DNA from: Leidyana gryllorum EB-2025a
Lineage: Eukaryota > Protista > Apicomplexa
DNA length: 64,000 bases
Direction: 5' to 3'
Assembly (NCBI GenBank): GCA_048772705.1
Contig: JBLWGC010000230.1
Span: 868,001 to 932,000 of the forward strand
The notes under the pieces are model-generated. The model saw only the letters and a list, made by a program, of their open reading frames with translations. It was not told the DNA's origin and made no database searches. This document shows, in pieces, positions 1 through 10,970 of the stretch. The first letter of the stretch is position 1. Each line of letters opens with the position of its first letter. A program made the translations under genes and the position numbers.

Positions 1-1895
1 AGCATTGCCAATGGTGAGTCTCACAGAGACACTTTAATCTGACGATTAATGATCCCAACTAATAATATGCCACCCGACAAACAATCCTTTCCACATCAAA
101 CAGGTTCCTGTCAACGTCTCGAGTTTGGAACATCCGAGTTGCTTAAGATTGTACATTTGAATCGCCCTGTCATGGGCACCCATGGACCCGACGAACATCT
201 CAGTGGAACCCTCAAGTAAGACACGGCCCCCAACTGGAAAGTGAAGCGCTCCGCGACCTCCAAATCCGCCTCGCGACCTCAAAATGCGCCTCGCGACCTC
301 AAAATGCGCCCCGCTGTCGCACCCCTCAGTCTCGCCCACGCTTCCCTCGCCGCCCCGACCGACTGCTCCAACATTACGACTAAATCCTCACAACTGATCC
401 CCTGCAGACTGCGAGATCTTCGTCAAATTTGCTCCAGTGGAGTCGGTGCTCAGCGTCCCTCCATAGAGCCCCGAAGGAGTTGTATTCTGGTCAACATGCC
501 TTACGTCAAGGCGCTAATCCTTCGAAATCGGGTAATCGTATTCTCCAAGAGACAATCGATACGAACACAATGCCCACATCACAGATATTCCTCCTTGCGC
601 GAGTTGGAGTTCCTGATGCCGACACACGCGCTCCTCAGTGGATCCATCGCTCCGAAGGCAGAGTTCGAGCCGGTACTAACAACACAAGTTGCAGCAATCT
701 TCATCACCACGTCATTGGGGCAGCCACACAAGATGATTTTCGTAAGTCAATCAAAGCTCAACGCGTGGCAAACATATTCTCACCACAAACAGTTTCAGAG
801 GTTGAGGGTGTGGCCAGTGTATCCTTAGTACAGAAATTGGTCCGGGTGTCCGAAGTGCAGAAGGCCGCACCCTTCGAGTTCCTTGCCCTCGAATCCATTT
901 TATTCGAAGTCGTCTCCCGCCTATCTGACGCACTCGACCCCATGCAGGTTTTGGCCGGTGAGTTACGAGTGCCCTCTCCGCTTCATCCCCATCAACTCTT
1001 TCAATCTACACAGACCGCGTCCAAAACCAGCAGACTTATGTCCTATCCTCGACAGCCAAACTGCACGAGATTAGGGATACTAAGCGTCTGCTCCAGGAAG
1101 TCGAAGCCGCAGCGAAAGGTGTGGCTAAGTCACTGGAGGAAATCCTCGAAAATGAGGAGGATGTACGGCGTCTGGAGATTTCCCGATTTTGGGAGGTAGG
1201 CTTGCTGTCACAGAAACCTCTGCAATGCTCTTGTCCTGTCCCCCCCTTAGCGCCCTGAAGAGTGGGACGAGCCCGCGGATTCCCCAGGTGCTGAAGATGC
1301 CGAGATCTTGCTGGAGAGTTATCAGCAAGATGTAAGTCACCTCTCACCAGTCCTTTAACATCGGATGTGGCCATAGATCGAGTCCTTACTGCTCAAGATC
1401 GATGGAATGGATGAGACTTTGGACACACTGCTTCAAATTATGCAACTTCAATTGGCTACCACCCGAAACAACCTTCTCAAGTTTGAAATTGGTGAGCTAC
1501 ACACCTATAAATCAGCGTGCGCGGAGTGTGTGTCACCCGGTGTCTCCCGACGGGATGCATTGCTGCAACACACTATTTCGTGACATCCCACACATATCCG
1601 CACGTGTTTCAGGGTTGCAAGTGATCAGTGTGGTGGTTGGAATGGTTGCTGCTGTGGCTGGAATATTTGGCATGAACATTCCGTAAGTTTCATGATGATG
1701 AGTGTCGCTCCAGTGGCGCCGAATGCGCTAGTAGACCCCTTGTGGCCGAAAGTCTGCCTGTCGCGAATCCCGTCTTATAGGAATGGATACGAAAAGGACC
1801 ACACTTTCTTCTGGACCATGTCTCGAGCTATGGGGTGGATAATTACAGTTGTCAGTGCCTCGGTGTTCGTCTTTATCCTGAGGCTCAAGCTCTAG
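1..1895 (+). CDS. MRS2/CorA-family magnesium transporter (multi-exon, 5' end probably outside the window)
   Basis: Spliced reading gives RLRDLRQ..PSIEPRRSCILVNMPYVKALILRNR, PFEFLALESIL, DAEILLESY, LATTRNNLLKFEI, then a TM ending VAGIFGMNIP (GMN signature) and a second TM ending at TAG 1893-1895. Confidence 0.9.
252..311. repeat. 20-bp tandem repeat x3 (CGCGACCTCAAAATGCGCCT), probably intronic
   Basis: Three adjacent near-identical copies with no spacers, between a GTAAGA donor (~215) and a CAG acceptor (~328). Confidence 0.85.
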
Positions 1896-1975
1896 TGTGA
1901 GCGGCAGAGTCAATTCTATCCCTTGCCTTTTTCGTCGACGAGATCCTAGCTTTTTTCCTGCACCTCCAGTCAGAG

Positions 1976-3300
1976 ATGTCTTCCAACTTGTGGGTTGAAC
2001 GATAGTAAGTACTCGCAATAGCCACTTCCCGCGGGCCACTATCAGCCCAGCAGGCCAGCCACGCTCGCCGAGGTCTCTCACCATGATGAGGTTAAGGAAA
2101 TGTTGCGAAGTGCCGCCAAAACGGGCCGTCTACCGCACGTTATCATGTACGGCCCTGCAGGCACTGGCAAGACATCGACAGTACTAGCCTTTGCCAAGGA
2201 TGTCTTTGGCCCCAAACTCTGGAGAGACCGTGTGCTGGAGCTGAACGCGTCGGATGAACGTGGTATCAATATGATTCGTGATCGAGTCAAGACGTACAGT
2301 CGCATGGCTCTGGCTGGCAATAAGACACTCGTCCAGAATGCCGACGGGTCAGTTGCAGCCGATCAAGCAGTAAGCAGCTACACGACTCATCACAACCTGT
2401 ATCTCTCTCAAGACTGCTCAGCAAGGCCAGGCCTCACACCTCATTCCGCCTTGGAAAATCATTTTGTTGGATGAGGCCGACATGATGACCATCGATGCCC
2501 AATCCGCTCTGCGACGTGTCATGGAAGACACAGCTGCACATACACGCTTCTTTATCATATGTAACTACCTCTCCAAGTACGCAAGCATTACATCACCACG
2601 CCTCTTATGTATGAGTTCCCCACAGAATTATAGAACCCATAACATCAAGATGTGTAAAGTGCCGATTTCAACCTGTAAGCCCGAAATCCGCACAGCCCTG
2701 TGGTATAAAGAACTGATCAGATCCCCGATGAAGTTCAAGTCAAGCGTCTCAATCAGATCGCCGACATGGAACAACTTCAAGTTACGCCGGATGCCCTGAA
2801 CACTTTAGTTCATATCTCACGAGGCGACTTACGTCTCGCCATCAATCTGTTACAGAGTACTGCGGCGGGCGGGCACAACAATATTGATGAAGAGGCTATC
2901 ATCGCTGCAGCTGGGGTAAGACCATTCATTGCCCAATTCTCATCCGCACAGCATCCTCCTCCTCGGGTTGCCAAGTCACTCTTGGACGTCTGCAAGGCTC
3001 GCCAAGGCTCTACCTCAGTCATTAACGCGATTGACTCAATCATTTCGCAAGGCTGGAATGTCGATCTCATCCTACAACAGGTAATTCTGCTTTTACCCGC
3101 TGATCAACTCGAGCCATCCGAATTGTTACTATCAGCTCTGTGATGTTGTGGTACACGACCAAACATTAGACGAGGGAGCAAAGGTCGTTATCGTCAATAG
3201 TATCAGCCTGGCGCAAAAGCGGCTCATCGAAGGTGCCAGCGAGTACCTTCAGCTCATGATGGTTGGTCAAGACATGCAAAGTCGCCTCGTCGCTCAGTAG
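1976..3300 (+). CDS. RFC4: Replication factor C small subunit (human RFC4 / yeast Rfc2 type), multi-exon
   Basis: [12 protein letters not shown] (split by an intron), Walker [21 protein letters not shown], Walker [20 protein letters not shown] motif, [11 protein letters not shown]; ends GASEYLQL...AQ* at TAG 3298-3300. Confidence 0.92.
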
Positions 3301-4662
3301 TCTTCTCCTTGCGCCCCACAATGAAGAACTGTGACATTGTTTGCCCCGCCTGTGTCTATTAGGCGTTCTGCTATCCCCAGCACATTATTTAAAGCCGCAT
3401 CATCTGCTTCTTCACACACGACCAAACATTCGTTGTTGCATATCATTCCCATTCGCTCCATTGAGGCGTCCGCCACACCATCTTCACCACAAAGAGCGGC
3501 TACCCACCCGTGACTCGCTTCTACAAACGGAGGAGTAGCGTCCTTTGGATTCACGTACTTGCCCCCTTCATCCCGTTCACTCCCAAGCGACTCGCAACTT
3601 CCATAGAGCTGAAAGTCATCTTCGCCCGCAACTATCGCCAATTGAGCTCGTAGGTGTTCAACTAGTGAATTCAATCCATGAACCATCGGTACTTTATCTC
3701 CCTTTGAGTGCAAAGGATACTTGATCACCACTAAGCACCGAGACCGTAGGTTCAGGTGTACCTCAGCTTCTTTCAAAGGGGCTGGAGTTTCCAGCAACGA
3801 TATATGATTGCGATAGCTGGGAATCGAGCCGATCAGCTCACCCCGTCGACTACACCAGTCGCGGTTTTGGAAGGGGATACCGCTCGAGAATGTCACAACT
3901 TGACGTGGGATACCTACCAGGAGTCGCTGACCCACATAAGGCTTCACACATTCGATATCCAGCGTCAATGTTCTCCATTCTCCATTGTTCAACCAACGAT
4001 CTTCGACTCGGCAACGATTCAAAAGTGCAAGGAGGACCGACAAGAAACAGCTATGTGACACCCAGACGAATTGACGGACTCCTGTCATCTTGCTGCGATC
4101 AATCATTTCACAAATTGCGCTGTACGCTCGATAGCGTATCCGCTGCGCATCCTCTCTTGATTTGGAGAAGAGCGCATCCTCCTCAGGCTGCACACCATCC
4201 AGATTCCAAATCTCGACTTGCGGAAAGGACTTTTTACACCATTTCTCCAACTCTGATTTGCTTGTGGACAATCAAGGGAAAGAACGAGTCTAGCACTCAC
4301 CATTGTCTGGCGTCACAGTATTTCTCTCCAGCTCGTTCACGCAGATCTTCTTTCACAATCCACGTTGAGACACCGGGGAGAGCCAGACATGCCGTCTGAA
4401 TTGCCCGCCGAAGGGGTGAAACCCAGAACTCCGTGCTTGTATGCTCCCATTCGAAAGCTGGAGTAGCCGTCGTCGCTTGCTCTTCGCCCACTGGTGTCAG
4501 CAGAGCATCGAATTGGTCCCGTTCAACTTCTGACTTAGACCTGGATTTGGTACTGCTGAGGAGATGGGCAGACGGGCCACCAAGAGTCGCTCACCCCTCG
4601 AGGGCATTCGGTAAGTTGTGTGTGGCCTGTCCGTGGCGCAAGATATGAAGTTTGATACTCAT
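3294..4662 (-). CDS. Histidine phosphatase (phosphoglycerate mutase-like) family protein with C-terminal extension
   Basis: First exon MSIKLHILRHGQATHN (RHG motif, ATG at 4662), then LTPVGEEQA, SPLRRAIQTA, DLRE and WVSHS, the catalytic quartet pattern of the family. Confidence 0.85.
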
Positions 4663-4776
4663 CTAGGGTGACTGTTGTTCTTCCTATCTTAAGTAGTTCA
4701 GACCATTCTTTTGTAATTATCGTGACAAATATATGGGGGCGCATGTGCATCTTCCGATTGGACTAGCTTGTGAGCG

Positions 4777-5436
4777 ATGCTAGTAGACACCATTGTCATC
4801 TTGATGATCGTCTGGGCCTGCGTCATTGTTTGTAGCGTCAACTGCGGGTTTGTTGACCACAGGAGCACGCTGCACACCTCCTGATGAGTTTTTTAAGGGG
4901 ATCTTAGATTGATCCTTACCGACATGCACAGCCGCGATGGCGAAGAAGAAGATCAATAAGTAAATCGCGGCAGATGAAGTTCGTTCCGTTGGGTTCTGTA
5001 ATGGGGCAAATCCTTCATCTATGGACATTCTACCCGTCAGGCGGGATAGCATGTTGAGAACGGCTCCCCAGGCACATACGCATTCCATTCTTCGTAGTCA
5101 AACAGTCTTCTGTTGTCGGCTTTCCAAAAGCTTTGGGACAGGAAGGATAGCAAACACGTGTGTGGTGAGGTTGGTGCGTGGCAGGGAGCTGTTTTTCGGC
5201 ACCTAATATCGCTGCACCCCTCGATGTTGGTCCAGAGGCATGCAACGGGGGGTTTTTACATATTGTTGGGAGGCTGGCTGACGGTGTGTGCGATGGCGCA
5301 GGAGTGGCCGGTGGTACCGGACGATTCCAAGCGGCATGACGTAAAATCGTATGCTGTTTTCGTAACCTACACAGCATTGGCAGCAGTGATGACAGTAATC
5401 TTCATAGTGGGGGCAGTGAAGGCTCACACATTCTGA
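4777..5436 (+). CDS. Small multi-exon membrane protein of unknown function (structure unresolved)
   Basis: Hydrophobic N-terminus MLVDTIVILMIVWACVIV and TM-like segments in the ORF ending at 5436 (YAVFVTYTALAAVMTVIFIVGAV). Splicing could not be reconstructed. Confidence 0.3.
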
Positions 5437-5972
5437 GAGACTAAGATTCGGAGAGCGTTCTGAAGACCTAGTGGCACTTTTTTGGTGGTTGATGATCTTT
5501 ATGATGTGTTGATTGCTGTTTCCCCCACAACGCTTGCATCTCCCCAATAACAGCGCGCGGGTCCTAATCAGCTGCACGAACAGATAGAATGTAACCTAGA
5601 ATTGCGAAAACGAAGCTCAGCTTGCATATCAGTCCAGATCTCTTCGCTCAAGGGACTTTTCATGAGCCCGCAGTGGTGGAACAACACGTTCCTTGTGTGA
5701 AGTTGAATGACGTTGGAGTAATAGAAAAGAGAATGAGACAACAATGCAAACAAGTGATGCGAGAAGCACACCCTCAATAGATACTCGGGAGTATTGCCTT
5801 GCATGTCGATTAATTAAGACGTAAGATCTCCTTATTGACTTGATGGAGGGAGAAGTGAGTATGTACCGATGATAGCAGAAAAGATAAAATAGATATAACA
5901 GGCATTGGGAGACTGACGAAGGTGCGAATGGACCGACAAAGTATAGCGTCCGTCATTCGTGGTTCGTCAAAA

Positions 5973-6959
5973 TCAAGATAGAAGATATAGAGAGCATATA
6001 ATAGCCAGAATAGTAGGCAGCAGGTTGCGGACAGAACCGCAGACACAAGGCTTCTCGGTGCTGGTCGTCGTTTCGTCAGTGGAAGCCGTTTCGTCAGTGG
6101 TAGCGGTGGCACTGGTTGTGGTGGTTGTGGTGGTTGTATCGTCGTCGCCGTCCTCGTCCCCCTCGCCGGTGGGCTCATCCTTGACAACAGCCAGGAAACC
6201 CTGGTAACCACCGACCATTACCGGGGGTGCTCGTGATTCCAATGTGCGGACAAACAACATATTATGGTCGTGTCCAAGATAGGTGGTGTCTAGAAGGCTT
6301 TTAATTTCGATAACCAGGGCTGTGGTGTTGGCAATATTGACTGTTGCACTCACAACACCGTCATCGGCTCTTTCATAATCCTCATCGTTCACAGCGCACG
6401 AGGTGCCTCCAGCGGAAAGACCGATGACAGCGTTGGAGTCGTCACGGGGAGTGTAAAGATGGATGCTCTCAGGAGCGAAAGGAGGATCGGCCGTGTTTAC
6501 CACTGGCAGGTAGATAAATGCATCGGTGCCGTCAGCCCAGAACTCATCATCGTTGCCGAAGCTCGGATCAATGGGGATGACATACATTTTGCCCACTTGA
6601 CAGACGTTGAAGTGGGCAACCTGCATGTACACTACCTCTGCTGCACAGCCCGTGGCTGCAGCACACTCGTGTGCTTCGGCTCGACTTTCGAACAATCTCA
6701 CGCAACTGCTGGCTTCGGACGGGCATCCGCAAAGACTCACGTCACAGGAGGGGTCAGACGCCAGGACTTGCCACGCGGCATCGCTAGGAAAGCCGGGATT
6801 CAGATCCGGTGCAGAGGGCTCAGTTGTCGTAGTCGTAGTAGAGGTCGTGGGGCGTGTGTGGAAAGCTGACAGATCGTCAATGTCGCTCAAAGAAAATGAT
6901 GCATGGGCAGAAGAATTGAGCAACAGCGATACAGCGGCACTATTAATCAGAAATCGCAT
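5973..6959 (-). CDS. Secreted, probably GPI-anchored surface protein with poly-Thr mucin-like tracts, 328 aa, intronless
   Basis: Signal peptide MRFLINSAAVSLLLNSSAHA, two Thr-rich tracts, a Cys-containing central domain and a hydrophobic C-terminal tail with no cytoplasmic part. Confidence 0.8.
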   Translation of the reverse strand: MRFLINSAAVSLLLNSSAHASFSLSDIDDLSAFHTRPTTSTTTTTTEPSAPDLNPGFPSDAAWQVLASDPSCDVSLCGCPSEASSCVRLFESRAEAHECAAATGCAAEVVYMQVAHFNVCQVGKMYVIPIDPSFGNDDEFWADGTDAFIYLPVVNTADPPFAPESIHLYTPRDDSNAVIGLSAGGTSCAVNDEDYERADDGVVSATVNIANTTALVIEIKSLLDTTYLGHDHNMLFVRTLESRAPPVMVGGYQGFLAVVKDEPTGEGDEDGDDDTTTTTTTTSATATTDETASTDETTTSTEKPCVCGSVRNLLPTILAIICSLYLLS

Positions 6960-6984
6960 GTCGATGAACGTGAAAAGTAACTGA

Positions 6985-7609
6985 TCTATATATCTTTTGG
7001 ATGTGGTTTAGCGCCAGCAAAGTTAGTCGCAAGCCAAGTCCTAACGCAGAAGACGGATTCCCAAAAAAGACAGCAGGCACACTCACTTTGTGACAGCAAC
7101 CAACCAGCGTAACTGTCCAGGATCGCAAACACCATCGGAAGGACGCCATACTGGACATGAGACCCTGGTCACATGGATGCCCTCCACTCGCTAGTAACCG
7201 TGTGCAGACAAACTTGCACTCCTCTGTCTGCTGTGCAGTCGGTCCCTCTAATGACTCGCAAAACTCATACGCCTGTATCCATACACTGTACTTCAATTCC
7301 GTCTGTTCCTCCCACCCTTGTTTGAACTGCACCCACAAGATCAATCAGTGTGAGGGTGGGAGAAGGAGAAGGGCCGGCCCCAATGTTGGAACACACGGAT
7401 AGAAGGAAAGACTCACTCACCCTTTCATCACAATCTGGATGTTCCATCTTGATACATTGAAGCAGCTCATGAAGCTGATTCGCCGGGAAATGAGGACATT
7501 GGTAGCCGAGGTATCTTTCGCAGTAGTCAGCACACAGAGTCGGCTCGTCTCCGGTCAACTGGGTGCCAGTAATGGCTGCAAAGGCACATTGTGACCACAG
7601 CGCACGCAC
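6985..7609 (-). CDS. Cys-rich hypothetical protein (multi-exon, ends uncertain)
   Basis: Protein-like Cys-rich exons (CADYCERYLGYQCPHF...; WIQAYEFCES..EECKFVC) bounded by GTGAGT donors. Confidence 0.45.
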
Positions 7610-7787
7610 GTGTTTGTGAGGGGGACAAGAAGGACTTGGTTTACAGGGAAGAATTCAGTTAAACGAACCAAGTTTGCAGAACCGAATCAGACGGTCAGAT
7701 CGGTCATCCAAGCGGCCGGAAGCGATGATTTGGTGCAACGAGACGCAAATGAGCACCCCTATCAACAGCGAACCAAAAAACATTTAT

Positions 7788-8903
7788 CTATTCATTCCAC
7801 GGCCAAGTGCCTCTGCAAGATGGTACCTTCTTAGGGGCAGTGATATGTGGCAAATGCAATGTGTCCTTGACGTCTATGACAAATCGGAAACGAACGTCGC
7901 CTCGAACCATTCGTTCCATCGCCTCGTCTAAATGATCAGCTTTCACAACCTCCACCCATGGGACAACATTGTGTTCGCCAGCGAAATCAAACATTGCCTG
8001 CGTCTCCTCCACACTACCGGTCAATGTGCCTTGGATTCCACGCCTTTTGAAAGATAGCGTGGCAGGGGGGATCTGAATTTTGAACTCCTTGTTCGGTAGC
8101 CCTATGTTGATGATCATTCCGTCAGTCTTTAACAGTTCGAGGAATGGCTCAATTGGCTTCGCCGACGGGGCTGTGTCGATGATGAAGTTCAAAGTGCGAA
8201 CCCGCTCTGCCATTTCCTTTGGATCTTTGCTGTTGATGTAGTGAGCCGCCCCCAACTCCCGAGCGATCTTCTCTTTCTCAGGGAAAATGTCCATCACCGT
8301 CACCTCAGCCCCCATAGCCACACCAAACATCACGGCCAAATGACCCAAACCTCCCATCCCAACAACCCCAATCTTCATCCCAGGCTTCTTGTCCATACCC
8401 CAACGCCGCATGGGGCTGAAGACTGTCACGCCGGCACACAAGAGAGGGGCTGTCTTGGAGGCGTCCAGGTTTTTGGGAATCACAACTATGAACTCCTGAG
8501 GGGCAACCACATCTCGCGCCCATCCACCCTTCGTTATCTCATCGTCCGGCATTTTCCCGCTCAAAGTGGTAACTATGTTGTCGCAATAGTTCTCCCGATT
8601 GCTCTGGCATTCCTCGCACTTCCGACACGACCAGCAAATGTACCCCAAACCTACACGGTCTCCAACCTTGATGCGATCCACGTCAGATCCAACCGCCTTG
8701 GCAATCCCAACTACTTCATGTCCAGGAACCACAGGGTAGTAAGAGTTGCCCCACTCATTGCCAATATAGTGCAAATCAGTGTGACAAACTCCACAATACT
8801 CCACCTCTATGTGTACATCGTTTGCTCGCAACTCCCTCAACTCGATCTCCTCGGGGTGCAATTCACCACCCTGCGTTTTCGCTACCAATGCAACAGTCTT
8901 CAT
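7788..8903 (-). CDS. Zn-dependent alcohol dehydrogenase, cinnamyl-ADH/YahK-like MDR family, intronless
   Basis: CGVCHTDLH, GHEVVG, structural Zn CRKCEECQSNRENYC, APLLCAGVTVFSP, GMGGLG, GDVRFRFVID; first true ATG at 8903. Confidence 0.95.
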   Translation of the reverse strand: MKTVALVAKTQGGELHPEEIELRELRANDVHIEVEYCGVCHTDLHYIGNEWGNSYYPVVPGHEVVGIAKAVGSDVDRIKVGDRVGLGYICWSCRKCEECQSNRENYCDNIVTTLSGKMPDDEITKGGWARDVVAPQEFIVVIPKNLDASKTAPLLCAGVTVFSPMRRWGMDKKPGMKIGVVGMGGLGHLAVMFGVAMGAEVTVMDIFPEKEKIARELGAAHYINSKDPKEMAERVRTLNFIIDTAPSAKPIEPFLELLKTDGMIINIGLPNKEFKIQIPPATLSFKRRGIQGTLTGSVEETQAMFDFAGEHNVVPWVEVVKADHLDEAMERMVRGDVRFRFVIDVKDTLHLPHITAPKKVPSCRGTWPWNE

Positions 8904-9395
8904 TCTCTTCACTACTTTCGTGTGCAACCTTTAGATGTGCAATTGCACGTTTCGGTTCCCACGAATTCTCACACATTTTCTCTTGCCGCCTCTGATTGTG
9001 CATTTACGCTCCCGCACGGTGCACCGAGAGACAAGCGTCCAGCAAGACCCTGGCCGATGTTGTGCTTTGTGCACAAAGTAGCATCCATTCAATCCCCCCA
9101 TGTACTCTCGACCGCGTGGGCAAGCGGCTTCGCTTTTGCTATAATGACCATGTTTATTCCTTCTGGACCCGGCTTTCAAAGTCCACACTAAGAATCACAG
9201 CAATACCATTCATTACTATTCGAGCGGCGCGACCATAAATTGATAGATTAGCAGCAATGTGTATCCAGCGTGGATGTATATGAGTAGGAGTTAGTGTCTT
9301 CCGGATTAGTCAGTCAATGAGTAAGTCAAGTGCAAATGACGATTGGAAGTGTTTTGAGTCGAGTTGTCATGTCAAACCAGTTGGGCCGCAGCTCT

Positions 9396-10908
9396 TTAAT
9401 CCACGGACCGATCAGAAGCTGGTTCTGAAGCTGGAATGTGAGGCGCAGACGGCGGGCGCTTACCCCGCTGTTGCCATGATTGTGAAGCTTCCGGGGGGGA
9501 AGTATTCTTGACATTGCGATTGGGTGGGGGTGATGATCTCCGGAACCTATTATTCGTCGTCGAATGAGCTTCGGTCGACCTTGAATCTCCCGTTGTGTAC
9601 CTCTCTTCTCCATGGTAGGCACCTCCACCTCCTCCCCCATGGGGACTCCGCGCACGATGGTGATAGCGACGGCGGGGCGGAGGAGATCGACGATGACTGG
9701 GGCCCCAACGGCCTGGACTGCTGTACCGCGGTGGCGGCATATCGTCCATTGAGCCATGAGGACCATTATATCGGGAGTGCGACTCGTATGGTCGCGATCG
9801 CATTGAGGTTGACGACGTTCGCGTCGGCGGAGGCAGTATCTCCAATTGAATTCGGCCAGTTTCATTCTGCAGAAAGTAGAACAGTGTGATGGGGACATGT
9901 GCATATCACACCAAATGGAAGAAGAAGCATCAGAGCATGTATCAAGCGAAACGATCGCAAAATCATTGTGAGCGACAAAGCGGACCGGAAAGCTCCGGTA
10001 CTATATGCATTGTGCAGTGCGGCAAGCACACATCGAGTTGCAGTGCAACGTGCAGGAAAATGCAAATCGGCGCAAATCATAGTGCAGAGGTGTGCTACGC
10101 ACACACCGAAGTGCGGGGTTGCGCACACTATGCACGAAAAATGCAAGTGAGAAAGTGGTTGAAGAGTAGTTTCGGAGAAGTATGAGTGGACATAGAGGTT
10201 TCAATGGACACACAGCAACAGTAATCACAAACCTGGTGTGAGCGGAAAGAAGAGTTGTCAAAGAGGCGGAGAGCTTGTTCAGCATCGTCGTAGTTGTGGA
10301 ATTCAACTACTCCAGTTCCATCGCCAAAGACATCAGCTATAGGCAGGATATATGTGATGGGAGGAGTAGATCTATCATCACTTACCGAAAACGACGTCCC
10401 CAGCCTCCCGGAAATAATCTTTCAGGTCTTGCCAGCTGCCACTGGGTGGCAAACCGTAGATCTTGACCGCCACAGGATGTCTGGCTGAGAGAGACAGCGT
10501 CCAATCGAACATTTGAGTCTTTTGACGTACGCATAGTGGGTCTTCGGGTCGGATGCGGGCGTCCGCGGGCGGAATTGCGTCCATAGAAGGGTAATTCCAC
10601 CCGGATCCGTCGGCCAAGGAAGTCCGATCCGTTGAATCCTATATGGGAGAGGAGGCGCCGATGCGGGGGGATGTCCAGGTAGTTACTCACTCTTCACGGC
10701 CTCGTCAGCACCCTCCTCATCCGCGAAATGCACAAACGAGTACCAGTCGTTGCTGATGGTCCGTTTGATCTGGATGTCGAGGATTTTGCCGGCCGCCGAA
10801 AAGAAATCTCGGAGCTCCCCCTCCGAAGGGTCAGCCTGAGTGTAATTGAGTCTGTACGTCCAATGTGTGTGGGCTTACCGGTAGGCCTCCGACGTAGCAT
10901 CGACTCAT
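9396..10908 (-). CDS. SR-type splicing factor (SRSF1/ASF-like, two RRMs plus Arg/Ser/Pro-rich tail), multi-exon
   Basis: [10 protein letters not shown] (RNP2), GRRIRVE, RRM2 hallmark [23 protein letters not shown], and an RS/RSP-rich last exon. Confidence 0.88.
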
Positions 10909-10970
10909 TTCCCTACTCTTTGGGTGTTCACTCGGTACGCAACTTTGTCAAGACCGTGTCCCAGAAAAAT

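Noticed and set aside
252-311. Three 20-bp repeats as a CRISPR array
   Set aside because: No spacers, intronic position, eukaryotic context and no cas genes.
8241-9191. 316-aa plus-strand ORF
   Set aside because: Antisense shadow of the well-supported alcohol dehydrogenase; no motifs.
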